A stretch of 63,960 bases of DNA, counting the filler, from Thraustochytrium aureum (lineage: Eukaryota), in NCBI GenBank assembly GCA_012862495.1. It is 5 parts of 4 records of this genome, joined end to end, with 100 filler letters (N's around TTAATTAATTAA, not from the genome) between each part and the next. Parts side by side here need not be neighbours in the genome. Positions count along the whole stretch, not along the records: positions 34,031 to 51,780 come from BLSG01000268.1; positions 51,881 to 59,073 come from BLSG01000268.1; 3 more parts are not named here. The stretch is one strand, 5' to 3'. The notes under the pieces were generated by a model that worked only from the letters and a program-made list of their open reading frames with translations, was not told where the DNA came from and did no database searches. The translations under genes and the position numbers were made by a program. Positions 45,212 through 57,135 of the stretch are shown here, piece after piece (position 1 is the first letter of the stretch; every line of letters starts with the position of its first letter).

Positions 45212-46949
45212 NNNNNNNNNNNNNNNNNNNNNNNNNNNNNNNNNNNNNNNNNNNNNNNNNNNNNNNNNNNNNNNNNNNNNNNNNNNNNNNNNNNNNNNNN
45301 NNNNNNNNNNNNNNNNNNNNNNNNNNNNNNNNNNNNNNNNNNNNNNNNNNNNNNNNNNNNNNNNNNNNNNNNNNNNNNNNNNNNNNNNNNNNNNNNNNNN
45401 NNNNNNNNNNNNNNNNNNNNNNNNNNNNNNNNNNNNNNNNNNNNNNNNNNNNNNNNNNNNNNNNNNNNNNNNNNNNNNNNNNNNNNNNNNNNNNNNNNNN
45501 NNNNNNNNNNNNNNNNNNNNNNNNNNNNNNNNNNNNNNNNNNNNNNNNNNNNNNNNNNNNNNNNNNNNNNNNNNNNNNNNNNNNNNNNNNNNNNNNNNNN
45601 NNNNNNNNNNNNNNNNNNNNNNNNNNNNNNNNNNNNNNNNNNNNNNNNNNNNNNNNNNNNNNNNNNNNNNNNNNNNNNNNNNNNNNNNNNNNNNNNNNNN
45701 NNNNNNNNNNNNNNNNNNNNNNNNNNNNNNNNNNNNNNNNNNNNNNNNNNNNNNNNNNNNNNNNNNNNNNNNNNNNNNNNNNNNNNNNNNNNNNNNNNNN
45801 NNNNNNNNNNNNNNNNNNNNNNNNNNNNNNNNNNNNNNNNNNNNNNNNNNNNNNNNNNNNNNNNNNNNNNNNNNNNNNNNNNNNNNNNNNNNNNNNNNNN
45901 NNNNNNNNNNNNNNNGTCGCTGTCGTCGTGACGCCACGCAACAAAATCCGCGTCTCTAGAGAGCCTGCCAGTGGCATCACGCAACCGCATCATGCAACCG
46001 CTGCTCGCCATGCGTGCGCGCGCAAGTCTCGAAGCCGCAGGGTGGCAAGCCAGCAAGATCAAGATAATCCATCGATCGATCGATCGTCAACTCCTGCATA
46101 CGTTTTTGCAACACTCGGCACGTAGCGCCAGGGCTCCGCATAATACCCGCCCGAGCAACGCCTTCAAAAAACCATTAATTTATCCGATACACTCACTATT
46201 ATTCCCGGATGCCCCCGTGGGCAGCGATGCGCTTTTGCGCAATGCCGAGCGTCCCTCGCTGAAATTCACAACGCGGCGCCAAGAAACTGCCCGCTTGGCC
46301 TGCACGCCACGAAAACGCGCGGCTCCGAACGTGTTTTACACGCGCTTTTCTCGGGTCTTGTATGGTTTTGCATTGCACGGTGCCACTGTGTGCAACCACG
46401 GACCACGCGTGCTCGCCTAAATCTACATATCATGCACCGTGCCTGGTGCAGCCCTTCCGCTCACTCCGATCCTGTGCGCTCGGGCGTTTATTCGCTTGGC
46501 AGCTGCACCTTCCAACCGCAGTTCATGTGTGAATCCGCGCACGGCCCCCCTGCAGACCCCGCGTCGGCGCGCATGTGCTGGAGTGGGCTAGTGGGCGGGA
46601 AAGGCCGATTCCGCACGGCGGCGCCAAGCTGCGCCACGGGCCGAGCGCGGCCTGGTGCAGAAGCCGTGGAAAAAGAGAAAAGGCGCGCGAGTCGCTGCGC
46701 AGAGCAGAGCGCATTGGACCAAGCGCGCCAGCAGCAGCGCCAGCAGCAGCAGCAGCGGCAGCAGCAGTGGCAGCGGCAGCGGCAGCGCGGCAGCGGCAGG
46801 CGGCTGCGTGGACGGACGGACGGACGCAAGGCGTGCCAGTGCCTCGGGCAGACGGACGGACGGACTGATTACGTCGAAGCGCGTGCGCGCCCGCCTCGCT
46901 CCGGCGGCGCGGAACGGACCCCGCGGCGCGAGGCCGTGGCGGGGCGCAG

Positions 46950-48392
46950 ATGGCGGGCAAGGTGTCGGCGAGGTTCGCTGAGGCCGAGCTGTGGACGTGC
47001 AGGTACCAGCGCAATAACAAGCGCAGCGGGCTGAAGAACCTGAGGTGCTTTCCCGTGTGCAGCGACTCGCACCGGCTGAGGGGCTTTTGCGGGCGGCCCG
47101 CCGCCCTGCTGGTGGAAAACCCGGAGGGCAGACAACTGCTGAGCTACGCCACCTTCCTCAAGCTCCCAAACGCGGAGAAGGGCGAGGAGGACGCGGGGCT
47201 CAAAGTCGGCCAGGTGGTCAACACGGCCGAAGCCACGGCGCAGACGCGGTGCAAGGCCGACCCGTTCCGGCCCTGGATCATCGGCGAGACCCCCGACGAG
47301 GAATGCGGAGTCGACGGAGCCCTTGCGAGCGAGCCCCGCTCTGACGCGCGCCTGAGCTTTGTGTTCAACNNNNNNNNNNNNNNNNNNNNNNNNNNNNNNN
47401 NNNNNNNNNNNNNNNNNNNNNNNNNNNNNNNNNNNNNNNNNNNNNNNNNNNNNNNNNNNNNNNNNNNNNNNNNNNNNNNNNNNNNNNNNNNNNNNNNNNN
47501 NNNNNNNNNNNNNNNNNNNNNNNNNNNNNNNNNNNNNNNNNNNNNNNNNNNNNNNNNNNNNNNNNNNNNNNNNNNNNNNNNNNNNNNNNNNNNNNNNNNN
47601 NNNNNNNNNNNNNNNNNNNNNNNNNNNNNNNNNNNNNNNNNNNNNNNNNNNNNNNNNNNNNNNNNNNNNNNNNNNNNNNNNNNNNNNNNNNNNNNNNNNN
47701 NNNNNNNNNNNNNNNNNNNNNNNNNNNNNNNNNNNNNNNNNNNNNNNNNNNNNNNNNNNNNNNNNNNNNNNNNNNNNNNNNNNNNNNNNNNNNNNNNNNN
47801 NNNNNNNNNNNNNNNNNNNNNNNNNNNNNNNNNNNNNNNNNNNNNNNNNNNNNNNNNNNNNNNNNNNNNNNNNNNNNNNNNNNNNNNNNNNNNNNNNNNN
47901 NNNNNNNNNNNNNNNNNNNNNNNNNNNNNNNNNNNNNNNNNNNNNNNNNNNNNNNNGGCGCGCTCGAGGCCCCAGAGCAACCGCAAGCTCCTCAGCAGCG
48001 GGTATCAGCGCTACGTGCTTGACGGCAAGGAGCACCCCTGGGTCCTCCCGCCGCCGATACCCACGGAGCGCCCCCTGCGCGGGGCAACGTATATTGCAAC
48101 GCTCAAGGACGGCGTGCTGCGCCTCGTCCTGGCTTACTCGTCGACCAAGCGCATCGTCCGGGACACTTGCAAGTCGGCTGACGGCAACTGCCTCGAATCG
48201 CACGTCTGCTTTCAGTTCCGCAGCGACCCCTCTAGCGAGTGGGAGGTGAAGCTTCGCGCCAAGTGCATCGCGATGCGCCGTGTCCCGCATGACGAGGCGG
48301 CTGGCCAGGAGCACTTTGACCGGGACATGATCGGGGAGGAGCTGTCTTGGCTCTCTGCGCCGTGCGACGACTTCGCGCTCACCTTGACCTGA
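46950..48392 (+). CDS. Hypothetical protein with N-terminal YQRNNKRSGLKNLRCFPVC...H...GFCG motif; internal gap
   Basis: ATG-initiated ORF with coding-like codon usage on both sides of gap 47370-47956, and a basic Cys/His-containing N-terminal block. Confidence 0.7.
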   Translation: MAGKVSARFAEAELWTCRYQRNNKRSGLKNLRCFPVCSDSHRLRGFCGRPAALLVENPEGRQLLSYATFLKLPNAEKGEEDAGLKVGQVVNTAEATAQTRCKADPFRPWIIGETPDEECGVDGALASEPRSDARLSFVFNXXXXXXXXXXXXXXXXXXXXXXXXXXXXXXXXXXXXXXXXXXXXXXXXXXXXXXXXXXXXXXXXXXXXXXXXXXXXXXXXXXXXXXXXXXXXXXXXXXXXXXXXXXXXXXXXXXXXXXXXXXXXXXXXXXXXXXXXXXXXXXXXXXXXXXXXXXXXXXXXXXXXXXXXXXXXXXXXXXXXXXXXXXXXXXXXXXXXARSRPQSNRKLLSSGYQRYVLDGKEHPWVLPPPIPTERPLRGATYIATLKDGVLRLVLAYSSTKRIVRDTCKSADGNCLESHVCFQFRSDPSSEWEVKLRAKCIAMRRVPHDEAAGQEHFDRDMIGEELSWLSAPCDDFALTLT

Positions 48393-48791
48393 CAGGCCCG
48401 GAGCTCCGGCCGCCTGTTTCTGTTTCCTTATTTTTCGACCCTCACCTGGAGGTCCTTGAGTCTGCCTGGCAAGTTGGCAGCCAGGTGGCTGGGGACTGAC
48501 TCTAGCTCGAGTTTCTGGGGCGCGTTGGCGCGCCATCGAGGTATTTAATTTTCTTATCTATTTTGCAGCTTCTTTCAGAAAACAAGAAATCGACGTTCGA
48601 TGACAATGTCGAGAGCTTGCGCAACTTGGGCAGCGGCGGGCTGAACAGAACACGGCAAGCTAGAGATATACGTTTTGCAATTGCCTCGCCTTCCCTTAAC
48701 CACACCGAATAAGGCCGCATGATTCGAGAGCCGCAGCCCGGGAATCGTGTGACCGCCCATCAAGGCCTGTCCTGCAGCGCACGGGGGCCGT

Positions 48792-49457
48792 TTACCAGCG
48801 CTTGGGCTTGGGCTTCGACTGCTCCTCGGCACTCTTCTGTGCGATCGCGGTGAGTTCCTCCTCGGAGAGACCCTCCGGGATAGCAGGTAACTTGCTCATA
48901 AAGGCATCCATCTCTGCACGCATAGCCTCAATCTCGGAAGAGTGTGACGCATGCAATACCCAGGGTGCCATGCGCTCAGCCTTGCGCTTGGGCTGCGGCA
49001 GAGGGCTCGGCTCCCCGCGGTTCTGAAACGCTTCGAGCGTCTCCTTGTCCAGCTGCTCCCAGTACGGGTGGTCCTCGTCCTTAAACACAAACAGGCGCTC
49101 AATCCTCCGCTTCCGCAACTTGTTCTTGGGCAGCATCCCGTTCACGGCCTTGACGATGATATCCTCTGGCCGCCCCTTGACCTCGGCGAGGAACTTTGGC
49201 GTCATCGACTTGAGCCCGCCCGGATACCCGGTGTGCCACCGGTAGAGCTTCTTCTCGTACGACTTGCCCGTGAACCGCAGGTGCTTGGCGTTCACCACGA
49301 TCACGTTGTCGCCCATGTCCATGTGCGGCGTGTACGTCGGTTTATTCTTGCCCATCAACAGCTTGCTCACATCCGTGGCGAGCCGCCCGACAATCTCATG
49401 CTTGGCATCAAAAATATGCCAGACCGTCTTGACCTTGCGTACCGGGCCCGACGACAT
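48792..49457 (-). CDS. MRPL13: Mitochondrial (bacterial-type) ribosomal protein uL13
   Basis: WHIFDA...VGRLA...LMGKNKPTYTPHMDMGDNVIVVNA, YRWHTGYPGGLK and AVNGMLPKNKL, plus a C-terminal extension. Confidence 0.95.
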   Translation of the reverse strand: MSSGPVRKVKTVWHIFDAKHEIVGRLATDVSKLLMGKNKPTYTPHMDMGDNVIVVNAKHLRFTGKSYEKKLYRWHTGYPGGLKSMTPKFLAEVKGRPEDIIVKAVNGMLPKNKLRKRRIERLFVFKDEDHPYWEQLDKETLEAFQNRGEPSPLPQPKRKAERMAPWVLHASHSSEIEAMRAEMDAFMSKLPAIPEGLSEEELTAIAQKSAEEQSKPKPKRW

Positions 49458-49696
49458 GGTCTCCCCCGCGCGGCGGCCGCGGCCTCGTCACGCGCGCAGC
49501 CTGTTCCGAGCGCCCGAGACCTCCCCAACCGGACCGCGGCCCGCGTCCCTTCGCAGCGCGTTCAAGTTCGAGCGTCCGGTCGGTTCGATTGCGCGCCCTG
49601 CGCCGCGGCGGCCTTCTCAGCGCCTCCCTTCCGCTCCCTCTGCGCACAGCGCTCTGCCCACCGTCCGTCTGCGCCTCCGCCTTGTCCACTGTCGCC

Positions 49697-50005
49697 GCTG
49701 ACGTCATCTGTACAAGCGCAACAGCAGGCCCACGCCATCCGATGCCGAGTCCGCTGGCGTCATCAAGAGGCACGCCAAAGAAGAGCCACGCCATCGGTTT
49801 GCTGACGTCATCAAGAGGCACGCCAAAGCACAGCTACGCCATTCTCTGCTGACGTCATTAGTAGGCATGCCAAACAAGAGCCACGCCATCCTCTGCTGGC
49901 GTCATCGGTTCGTGTTAAGAACCATCATTGCGCCATCTGCTGCTGGCGTCATTAGTCCGCGCGCAGAAGCACCATTGCGCCATACGCAATCGGCCGCTGA
50001 CGTAT
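49697..50005. repeat. Phased array GCTGRCGTCAT-N25-CGCCAT x6 with ~47-bp period, upstream of MRPL13
   Basis: GCTGRCGTCAT starts at 49697, 49753, 49801, 49848, 49895 and 49942, with a degenerate copy at 49996. Each of the six is followed exactly 25 bp later by CGCCAT. Confidence 0.9.
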
Positions 50006-50237
50006 CCGTGCTTGAGTTTAGGCTTCTATGGCGTAATCCTTGGTCCGCCCTCCATAAAGTGCAAAATATAGCGGGTGGTTTTGGTAATAGAGGTATTTTG
50101 GTCCGTTGCGTTGGTGCGTGCCCCTGGCGTCCAGAGCCGCGAGCGGCGGGACGCGGGGCGGCTGCAGCGCGCGCGTGTTGTGTTCGCGCGTTGTTTCGGA
50201 AGGTAGGTGCGTATTGGCGTGATTGTGTCGCATCTGT

Positions 50238-50340
50238 GCATCGTCCATCCATCCGTCCGTCTATCCATCCGCCCATCCATCTCTCCATCCATCCATCCAT
50301 CTCGCCATCCATCCATCCATCTCGCCATCCATCCGTCCGT
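50238..50340. repeat. Imperfect (CCAT)n microsatellite
   Basis: Read directly; a similar tract lies at about 56525-56560. Confidence 0.85.
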
Positions 50341-50550
50341 CCTGTGGCTGCGGCGCTGTGCGCTTGGCCACTCGGCGACGCGCGGTTGGCGATGCTGCCG
50401 GCTGCAGCTGGCGCGCGCCGGAGCTCGCTCGCTGCAGCGANNNNNNNNNNNNNNNNNNNNNNNNNNNNNNNNNNNNNNNNNNNNNNNNNNNNNNNNNNNN
50501 NNNNNNNNNNNNNNNNNNNNNNNNNNNNNNNNNNNNNNNNNNNNNNNNNN

Positions 50551-51780
50551 ACGCTGTCCGGGGAGCAAGAGCTGCGGCAGGAACTCGCCGCAGAACTGGC
50601 CAGGCGCGAGAACGCGCTCAAGTTCAACAAGAGCTTGAAGAGACAGGCCAGCGACGCCAGGGTGGCCGAGTCGCAGGCCAAAGCCATGCTTCAGCTTTCG
50701 CAGCAGCAGCTGCAGCACGTCCGCAGCCAACTCGAGGCTAAGCAGGAAAAGCTCGCCGATGCCGAACGCCGCGCAGCGGCGCTAGGCGAGCACGCCGCGG
50801 CAGCGTCACAAACCCAATCGGCGCACCTGGTCGCGCAACTGTCGCGGCGCTGCGAGGTGCTCGAGGCGGACCTCGAAAGAGCACAGCACGCTTTGGCCGC
50901 CGCGGCGCCAAGTGGGTCACACATGGGGCAAGCCCAAGCAGAAAGCGAGCTCGCCTCGACCCAGACTCGGCTCGCGGCCGCCGAGCAGCGCGCAGCGGTT
51001 TTGGAAAGCCAACTCTGTTGCGCCCGCGCTGAGCTCCACCAGGCCGAGGACGCCCACATCACGGCTGAAAAGGCTGCTGAGGCCGAGCTCGCAAGCCTCA
51101 AGCGCGAACTCGCCGAGTCCAAAGCTGCGGCCGCAAGAGCGGCACGGACCAACACAGTAGCCGCTGCAGCACACGCCGCAGAGTCTGCCAACTTGCGCGC
51201 GGAACTCCAGCGGTCTGACGCGGCGCGCGCCACGCTCGAGGAGGGGTCCAAACGGGACGCGCGCCTCGCTCGCACTGCCGTGGCCGCCGAGGAAGCGCGC
51301 CGCCAGCTAGAGATTCAAGTGGCTCAGCTCAGCAAGGAAAAGTCGGCGGCACTCGCCGAGGCTGCGGCGTTCGCCGAACAGGCCGCAAAGGCCTGCGTGC
51401 GGACCGAGCAGCTGGAGAGGGACGTGATGGCCACCAAGGCGATGCACCAAACCGCCGCGCAGAGTTCTGCGTCGCTCTCGTCCAAGCTCGACGCAACACG
51501 CAAAGAACTCCAAGCAAAGCTCAAGCAAGCCGAGGACAGGCTTCACGCGACAATCCAAGCGACCAACCGAGAGGCCGCCGACAGGGCGAGCGCCGTCGAG
51601 CAAGCCCAGTCGCGCCTCGCCGAGGCGCAGGCAGCGCAGCACACCGCGCTTGAAAGCTTGCGGAGCGTCAGCACCGAACGGAGCGAGCTGCAAGCCCGCC
51701 TCGACAAGGCGGACCGCGAGGCCCGCCAAGCCCTATCCGCCGCCAAGCAAGACCGCGAAAAGGCCGCCACCCTCGAAGGC
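50551..51780 (+). CDS. Long Ala/Glu/Gln-rich coiled-coil protein, partial at both ends
   Basis: About 410 open codons of heptad-rich sequence between a gap and a linker. Confidence 0.8.
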
Positions 51781-51880
51781 NNNNNNNNNNNNNNNNNNNN
51801 NNNNNNNNNNNNNNNNNNNNNNNNTTAATTAATTAANNNNNNNNNNNNNNNNNNNNNNNNNNNNNNNNNNNNNNNNNNNN
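51781..51880. other. Artificial scaffold linker
   Basis: TTAATTAATTAA at 51825-51836 flanked by N44. Confidence 0.98.
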
Positions 51881-51881
51881 G

Positions 51882-54800
51882 CCGGCTTCCGAAGACACGT
51901 TGGAGGAAACGGAAGGCCTGGGTGCTGCGCGCAGAGCCTCGACCGGCAGCCTCGGGGATGAACAGCTGTGTCGCGTGTGCCGCTGTGGGGAGGAGTGCGG
52001 GCCGCTGTTCTTTCCGTGCAAGTGCAAGGGGTCGATCCGATACGTGCACGAGGACTGCCTGGTGCGGTGGCTCACTGTCTCGCAAAAGCGCAGCTGCGAG
52101 CTGTGCCTCACCGAGTTTGTTTTCCAGTCCGTGTACCAAGCAATGCCCCCGAGCGGCTGTCGTCGCTCCAGGTGCTCCTGGGCTCGCTCAGGATCGGCGT
52201 TGGGATGATGCCCGACGGCGGCCGGTACCTCGGCGTGGGGGCCATCTGGCTGGGCGTGTTCCCGCTGTTCACGGCCCGCGTCCAGGCCCTCTTCTTCGCG
52301 CGCCGGCGGGCGCAACTTGATGCCGTCCTGCTGCACTGGGACCTGGACGGCGTGCTGCGCGACTGCATTTTCGGCCTCTTCCTCGCTGGCGCCATCGTGT
52401 GCTCCTTCCTGGCCATGATGGTCATTCACGACTACGCGCGGCGCCACGAGTGGCAAGACATTGGGAACGAGAACATCAACGTACGCAACCTCCGGCGCGG
52501 GTTGGACCGCAACATCGTAGACATCGCCGACCGCGTCGTGGAGGCTGCGGTTGCGGCTGCGGCGGATGCCAACGAGCTTGTCGAGGAGATTCAGGCCGCC
52601 GGCGAGAACAACCGCCTCCTCGAGTTTGGCAACCGCTTTATTCGGGAGCGCGTTGCGAACGCGCTCAACAGCGACGACGACGACCAGGCCGCCGGCTGGG
52701 GCACCGGCCAAGAAGCCGCAGCAGCCGAGGCGTTTGCGGGGCAGCCGGTTGCGGCGCGCCCTGGTTGGCGCGACGCGGCTGAGGACGGTGGCGACCCAGT
52801 TGGCGGCGCTGCTGCCCCCGCCGCCGCAGATGCGCAACCTCTGGCACGGGACGTTGACGCGCACGGGTTGGACCTCGACCTTGACCAGGTCGACGAGGAT
52901 GATGGCGACGAGTTGGAAGGAGACAACCGGAGGCGGCGCGCCCAGGACGAAGAGCTCGCGTGGGACGTTCTCATGGGGCTTCGTGGTGGCTTGCAGCGTG
53001 GGTTTTACACGATGATGCTGGCCTCGCTCTTCAACACCATGTTTCTTGCCGTCTTTCAGCTGGCCCCATTCACGATCGGCCGAGCTGTGTTGCTTGCACT
53101 GCGCGAGCTGGCGCCGGAGGACGCCACGCGGCCGTTTCGGGACTCGCTCATCACCAAGATGGGCCTCAAGTCGCTCGAGAACTTTGACCTGTACACGCTG
53201 ATGATCGGGTACGCGTTTTTGCTGTGCGGCGTCATGTTGTACATGCTACTGAAAAAGGTGCGCGACGTCTGGACTGGGCGCTCCACGGTAAGCGCTCCCG
53301 ACGTCGTGTCCAAGTATGCCTTGTACGTGCTGCGGGCCTGGTTTGACGTCGTGGCCATGGGCGTCATCATCGTGCTCGAGTTGTTCGTGCTGAGCGAAAT
53401 CGTGGGCTGGATCGCGCACATCGGCATCATGGGCGTCTCCGGGGACTTTGGGATCGTGATGCTCAACCGGCTCGAGATGTGCGGCACCGCTCCGCTGACA
53501 TGCCTCGCCATCCACTGGGCCGTCGGGAGCGTGGTCATCGCCAATTGGTCAGCTCTGATCTGGGCGTTTCGTCAGGTGGTCCATCCGTACTTTCGCGTCA
53601 GGTTTTTCGAAGGATGGTACGACGCGACCAAGGAGCTGCAGGTGGGGCTCTTTGGACCGCTCGTCGCGATGCACCAGCGCCGCGCGCAAGAGCAGTCGGA
53701 GCGATGGCGGCGAAGAATCGAGCAGGTGTCGACGCGCATTCTCGAGGAGAAGAACCGCTTTGGGCTCGTGGGCATCGACGAAGGGGACGCCGGGCCAAGC
53801 AGCAGGGCAGAGATTGCTGGGTTGGACGCGGGGGACGAGGCGCCGTACTCGTTTCTGGACCAGGCCCCACTAGCAGACCCGGACCTCGAGGACGCCGCCG
53901 TGCAGCCGCCGACGATGATCTCGCAGAGCCTCGAGGAAAGCGCGTCGTACGTGACGACGGTCCTGCTCTGGAGCGTGCCAGCGGTCCTTGTTTTTCTTGT
54001 CGTCCCCATCCAGCTCACCAAGGCGATGATTCCGTGGGCCTTCCCGCTGCGGATCGGCAACTTTCGCGAGCCCTTCGCAGAGGCGCAGCTCCCGCTCGAT
54101 GTTTTCTTGTTCCACTCGCTTCCCTATGCGATCGAGCGCCTCAACTTGAGCAATGTATTTCTCGAGTCTGCGCGCTGGGTCGCGCGAATCCTGACCGAGC
54201 CGCTCGACCTCCACGGCTTCGTGCTGCGGCCGGCTTTCGAGTCGATGCGTTCAGGTTTTGTCCATGTCGACAATGCGCACTCTGACGCGCCCCCGGTTCG
54301 GGGCCACGACCAGCCTGGCGCGCCGCCTTGGGGCGACGTGCTGCGGCAGCAGCGTGCCGAGCCTCGAGGCGGCGGCGCAGACAGGGGCGAGGGTTCGGGG
54401 CCGTCCGCGACGTTTGTCGTGGTGCGCAACCTGAGCGTTCGCAAGGCACTTCTGGAGCTCCCGTGCGTGGTTCCCTCATTCCCGGCCTTGTCCAGTGAAC
54501 AAGTTGGGGGCGCGTTGAGATCCTGGGCGTGATTTGCTCCGTGATCCCCTGGGTTGACATCTCCCCCATGCTGCGCGACAAGTCGGGTCTCTGTTGGACT
54601 GGGCGCCCCACGCATGTCGCAGCTATCGCCGACGCCCGCGGGTTTTGCGTTCCGCTTTTTTTCCGGCTGGGTGCAGGCGGCGACCCCGCGCAGCTCGAGC
54701 AGGCGCTGTCGGCTGAGCGCGCGCCCGACCGTGCCGGTCTCCGCGAGCTCGCTTTCGCGGCAGCAGAGTCCTTTTGCGCCGCCCTGAAGCAGCGCGCTGA

Positions 54801-56085
54801 CGACGCCGACGCGCACGAGCGCGCCGCAATTCTGCGCAGCCGGCTCGTAGGCTTGCGGGAGGCGCAACCGGCGGGGGGCGGCACAGCGGGGAGCGATGCC
54901 GCGACAGGCGCAGTTCGTCTCCTGCGGATGCTTCGAGAGGAAGTGCAGGACCGCCCCGAGCTCGTCGACGTGCTCGTGCCGCTTCTCCCAAAAGGGTTTG
55001 GGGTGCGTTGGCAGGGTGGGTCGGCCGCCGAGGCACTCGGCGCCCTTCGCCAGCTGGCGTGCCTTTGGCGCGACGGAAACGCGCCGCCAGTCGTGGCCAT
55101 TCGCGGCGCCGTCGTGACAGGGGAGCAGGGCCGCTCTCTTCTGCTGGACGAGCGCTGCGAGGTGCTCTTCGAACCAGACGTCGGCGGCAAGGCTGAGCTG
55201 GCTCGGATTTGCTTCCAGGCTCGGCGGCTCGACACGACTACCGGGGGGCAGTTTTGTGTGTTGCGCCACGAGCCGGCCCACGTCGTGGCGCGACTTCGCG
55301 TGCTGAGCGCGATGACGGCGGTCGCGGCAGTCGTGGCCTCCACTGCAGCGCTTGTGCTTCCGTTGCTGTCTGGGCGGTATCTGTTTGCGATCCTGGGCGA
55401 CCCTCTCAAGCATGACGTGTACCATTGGGGCGGCGGCTGCTTTGCGCTCTGGTTCGCCCTGACGCTCGTGCGATGGTTTGTGAGCACGGCCGTTTCGCGC
55501 GACGGTGGCCTCTTGCGCGCTCTGTACCTGTGTCTCTGGTGGGGCTTGCTCGGTCTCAAGTGGGTGGTTGCGATTGCGGTGTTTGGGATCGCGATTCCGC
55601 TCCTGACAGGTACCCTGTTTGAGCTCGTGTTTCTGGACCCGCTGCGCGTCGGGCCCGAGGCCACGCCGGTCTTCCTTTTGTTTCAAGACTGGGCGCTTGG
55701 CCTCGCGGTCCTCAAGGCCTGGTCTCGGCTCGTGCTGCTTGGCGTGTTTGGCGAAACGGCGTGGCTGGGCAAGCTGGAGAAGGTGCAGCTCGACGGTGGG
55801 TACGGGATCCACTTGCGCTGGATGATGCGCGAGATAGCGGCGCCTATGGCGCACTTCCTACTGCTCAGGATCTGCGCCCCCTACGCGCTGACGCGGCTCG
55901 CGCAGCGGCACTTTGCGTGGGACGCATACATGACCGAGTGGGCCACGCGTGCATCGTACCCTGCGTTTTCGATCCTTTTGTGGTGTCGCGGTTTGCTCGG
56001 TGCGGTGGACCGCTGGCTCGCGGCGATGCACGATGTCGTCTTCGATGCGCAGTATCGGATCGGGCGGCAGCTGCAAAACCGCTGA
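51882..56085 (+). CDS. MARCHF6: E3 ubiquitin ligase MARCH6/Doa10, 5'-partial, frameshifts near 52138 and 54508
   Basis: RING-CH CRVCR...PCKCKGSIRYVHEDCLVRWL...CELC. Multi-TM region with ELAWDVLMGLRG, HWAVG, IPLLTGTLFELV and FQDWALG. C-terminal YRIGRQLQN. Confidence 0.93.
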
Positions 56086-57135
56086 CGCCCGCCAACAGTA
56101 AAAACGTAAAACGCAACAACGTCCACCCGCTGCGCACCCCCTTGACCCGCCGGCAGCATTCAGCCTCCGCACAAAACCACATCGACCATCCCAACCGGGC
56201 AACCACCCTGAGCATCCCTGCCATGGCCCAGCCCCAAAAACTCAAGCGCCCCAAGCCATCCAAGCCATCCAAGCCATCCAGCCGGCACCCGATTGACATT
56301 CCAGAACGATCAACACGCGCGTACCCGAGTAAACATGCAGGCAGGCAGGCAGGCAGGCAGGCAGACAGGCCGTGCGGCAGGCAGGCCGTGCGGGATGTGG
56401 CCGCCTCGCAGCATCCGTTCGTTCATTCGCGTTGTTCTCCAAAATCGGTGGCTCCTGCTGCCCACCATCACCACCAGAGCCCAGCAGCAGCAGCAGCAGC
56501 AGGTTCAATCGACCACTCCAACACCCATCCATCCATCCATCCATCCACCCATCCATCCACTCGTCTGTCGAAGGCGCTGCGCAGCCGTGGACCCGAGCGA
56601 GCCCGGCCGCGTCTGTTGGTTGTTTGTTCGTTCGCACCGCGTCGCGCGGCGTTGGTTGGAGGGCATCGCGTTGCGTTGGGCGGATTGGATCGGATCGCTC
56701 GACGACATCGCGTGGCCGTCGTGGACGCTGCTGCCCCGCACGTCGTGGGCGCGCGCGCGGGCCGGGACGCCGCGCGACGGTGGAAGGCGCTGCGCCAGTG
56801 CGCGTTGGAGCGCTTGCCGACGTCGCGTTGGGCGTCGTGATTGGCGGGCTGGGCGGGTTGGTTGGTTGGTAGGTGGTTGGTGNNNNNNNNNNNNNNNNNN
56901 NNNNNNNNNNNNNNNNNNNNNNNNNNNNNNNNNNNNNNNNNNNNNNNNNNNNNNNNNNNNNNNNNNNNNNNNNNNNNNNNNNNNNNNNNNNNNNNNNNNN
57001 NNNNNNNNNNNNNNNNNNNNNNNNNNNNNNNNNNNNNNNNNNNNNNNNNNNNNNNNNNNNNNNNNNNNNNNNNNNNNNNNNNNNNNNNNNNNNNNNNNNN
57101 NNNNNNNNNNNNNNNNNNNNNNNNNNNNNNNNNNN

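Noticed and set aside
48720..48760. tRNA-like fragment (GCCCGGGAATCG)
   Set aside because: No complete T-arm or cloverleaf could be built.
49697..50005. CRISPR array interpretation of the phased array
   Set aside because: The context is eukaryotic, there are no cas genes, the conserved parts are short and bipartite, and three spacers are related to each other.
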